From contig CAYHBD010000025.1 of NCBI GenBank assembly GCA_964354805.1, forward strand, positions 1 to 24,511: 24,511 bases of DNA. The letters are read 5' to 3'. The position numbers and the translations under genes are program-made. Below are positions 23,613 through 24,511 of the stretch, one piece after another. The DNA is from an uncultured archaeon. Lineage in GTDB: Archaea; Iainarchaeota; Iainarchaeia; Iainarchaeales; GCA-2688035. A model generated the notes under the pieces. That model was given only the letters and a program-made list of their open reading frames with translations. It was not told the DNA's origin and searched no databases. Each line of letters begins with the position of its first letter. Position 1 is the stretch's first letter.

Positions 23613-23870
23613 ATAAAGCATTATTCCCTTGTAATTGACCCAAAGCTCGTCAAGCAAATTGACACTCTGATTAAGGAGCATGGCTTGTTCAGCAGCAGGA
23701 GTGATTTCATTCGGGACGCAATCAGGGCAAGGCTGATTGAAGTAAGAAAAAACATTCTGGGAAAAGAGGTTAAGGAAAAGCCTGAAAAAAAGGAGCTTGC
23801 AAAGGAAGAAGAGGCAGTGGAAGAGGTAATGGAAGAAATGGAGGAACACAAGTTCGGCGGGGTGCATTGA
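23613..23870 (+). CDS. Ribbon-helix-helix (CopG/Arc/MetJ) regulator with acidic tail; inferred ATA start
   Basis: The frame upstream of the listed TTG reads IKHYSLVIDPKLVKQIDTLIKEHGLFSSRSDFIRDAIR, a complete RHH domain. Confidence 0.82.
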   Translation: MKHYSLVIDPKLVKQIDTLIKEHGLFSSRSDFIRDAIRARLIEVRKNILGKEVKEKPEKKELAKEEEAVEEVMEEMEEHKFGGVH

Positions 23871-24361
23871 TGCAAAGGAAAAGGGTAAAGGCAAAGCAGC
23901 ATGTGCAACTTGAACTTTTTCCTGAGACAATGCCAAATAGATACTTTCAATTTGAGCTTTTTCCAGAACATGCTAGGCCTATCCCCCTGCAATTTGTGAA
24001 TAGTTTACAGCGCAAAGGAATCATTGCAGCAACGCATAAGAAAAAGAACGTAAGGAAGATCGTTGCCAATGCCTACACAATGATCGAAAGCTTGCAGGGA
24101 ATTGATTTAAATGCATTAGTCAATGCCCTGCGAACAGAAAAAGAGCTGAGTGTTGAATTGCTCTTGGGCAAGGCAGTTAAGCCAATTCAGAGAGGCAAAG
24201 CAGAGAAAAGAATAATAGCTAGGGCACTTACCACAATTGTGAGGGCAGCGCAATGGAAACGCACTGCTGATGCGTATAGGAAATTTTATGCCCCAAGCCC
24301 CGCTGAACGTGTAGAAAAAGCCCAACAGCAAAGGCATCAGGGAAGCATTCAACAGCAATGA
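23867..24361 (+). CDS. Basic hypothetical protein with a duplicated Q(L/F)ELFPE motif
   Basis: Start overlaps the RHH stop (TTGATG); Lys/Arg-rich; no family recognised. Confidence 0.65.
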   Translation: MMQRKRVKAKQHVQLELFPETMPNRYFQFELFPEHARPIPLQFVNSLQRKGIIAATHKKKNVRKIVANAYTMIESLQGIDLNALVNALRTEKELSVELLLGKAVKPIQRGKAEKRIIARALTTIVRAAQWKRTADAYRKFYAPSPAERVEKAQQQRHQGSIQQQ

Positions 24362-24414
24362 ATTTTGCCGAAAATCAAGCCTTTTTAATTGTTTTACCTA
24401 TCCTATAATTGGGT

Positions 24415-24511
24415 ATGGGGGAAATTACTGTTTCGGCAAAAGGCAATGAATTTGCCTTGCTTATTCCGCAGCAGCTATTCAGCCAGCTTGACTTAAACCC
24501 AAGCGCTGCTT
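24415..24511 (+). CDS. Truncated gene with an AbrB/MazE-like N-terminus
   Basis: Manual translation MGEITVSAKGNEFALLIPQQLFSQLDLNPSAA is open to the window edge. Confidence 0.5.
   Translation, partial: MGEITVSAKGNEFALLIPQQLFSQLDLNPSAA

Noticed and set aside
22932-23936. 334-aa minus-strand ORF
   Set aside because: Antisense to the methyltransferase and RHH genes; Ser/Phe-rich shadow composition.

Overview
This 24.5-kb window is archaeal chromosomal DNA. The evidence is diphthine synthase, DUF357, an HTH-CBS regulator, GGTGA-type ribosome-binding sites and TATA-like promoters. The compact layout, mix of bacterial-type enzymes and Ig-like surface proteins suggest a DPANN lineage, but that is inference only. 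From left to right it holds: a truncated membrane protein, DUF357, a mazEF-type toxin-antitoxin pair, dph5, a four-gene sugar cluster (PfkB-NagB fusion, PIG-L deacetylase, GT4, GH100-like hydrolase), a metallophosphoesterase, tRNA-Pro(CGG), pyrG, an unlisted Trm112 gene, TraB, a tRNA-binding domain, a YbaK-like protein, bacterial-type metK divergent from an HTH-CBS regulator, a SemiSWEET, three membrane-anchored surface proteins, three secreted or membrane proteins, a thioredoxin reductase, a methyltransferase, an RHH regulator plus a basic orphan, and a truncated AbrB-like gene. The best leads are: (1) a dispersed GAA-triloop hairpin repeat with covarying stems, one copy inserted in-frame in a signal peptide between 9-bp direct repeats; (2) a putative amino-sugar glycoside synthesis and recycling pathway; (3) a candidate SAM-sensing regulator and operator for metK; (4) an RHH gene that needs a non-canonical ATA start, with a triple-box operator and a partner carrying two QLELF-like motifs. 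All protein family calls come from motif recognition by eye; no database searches were run.
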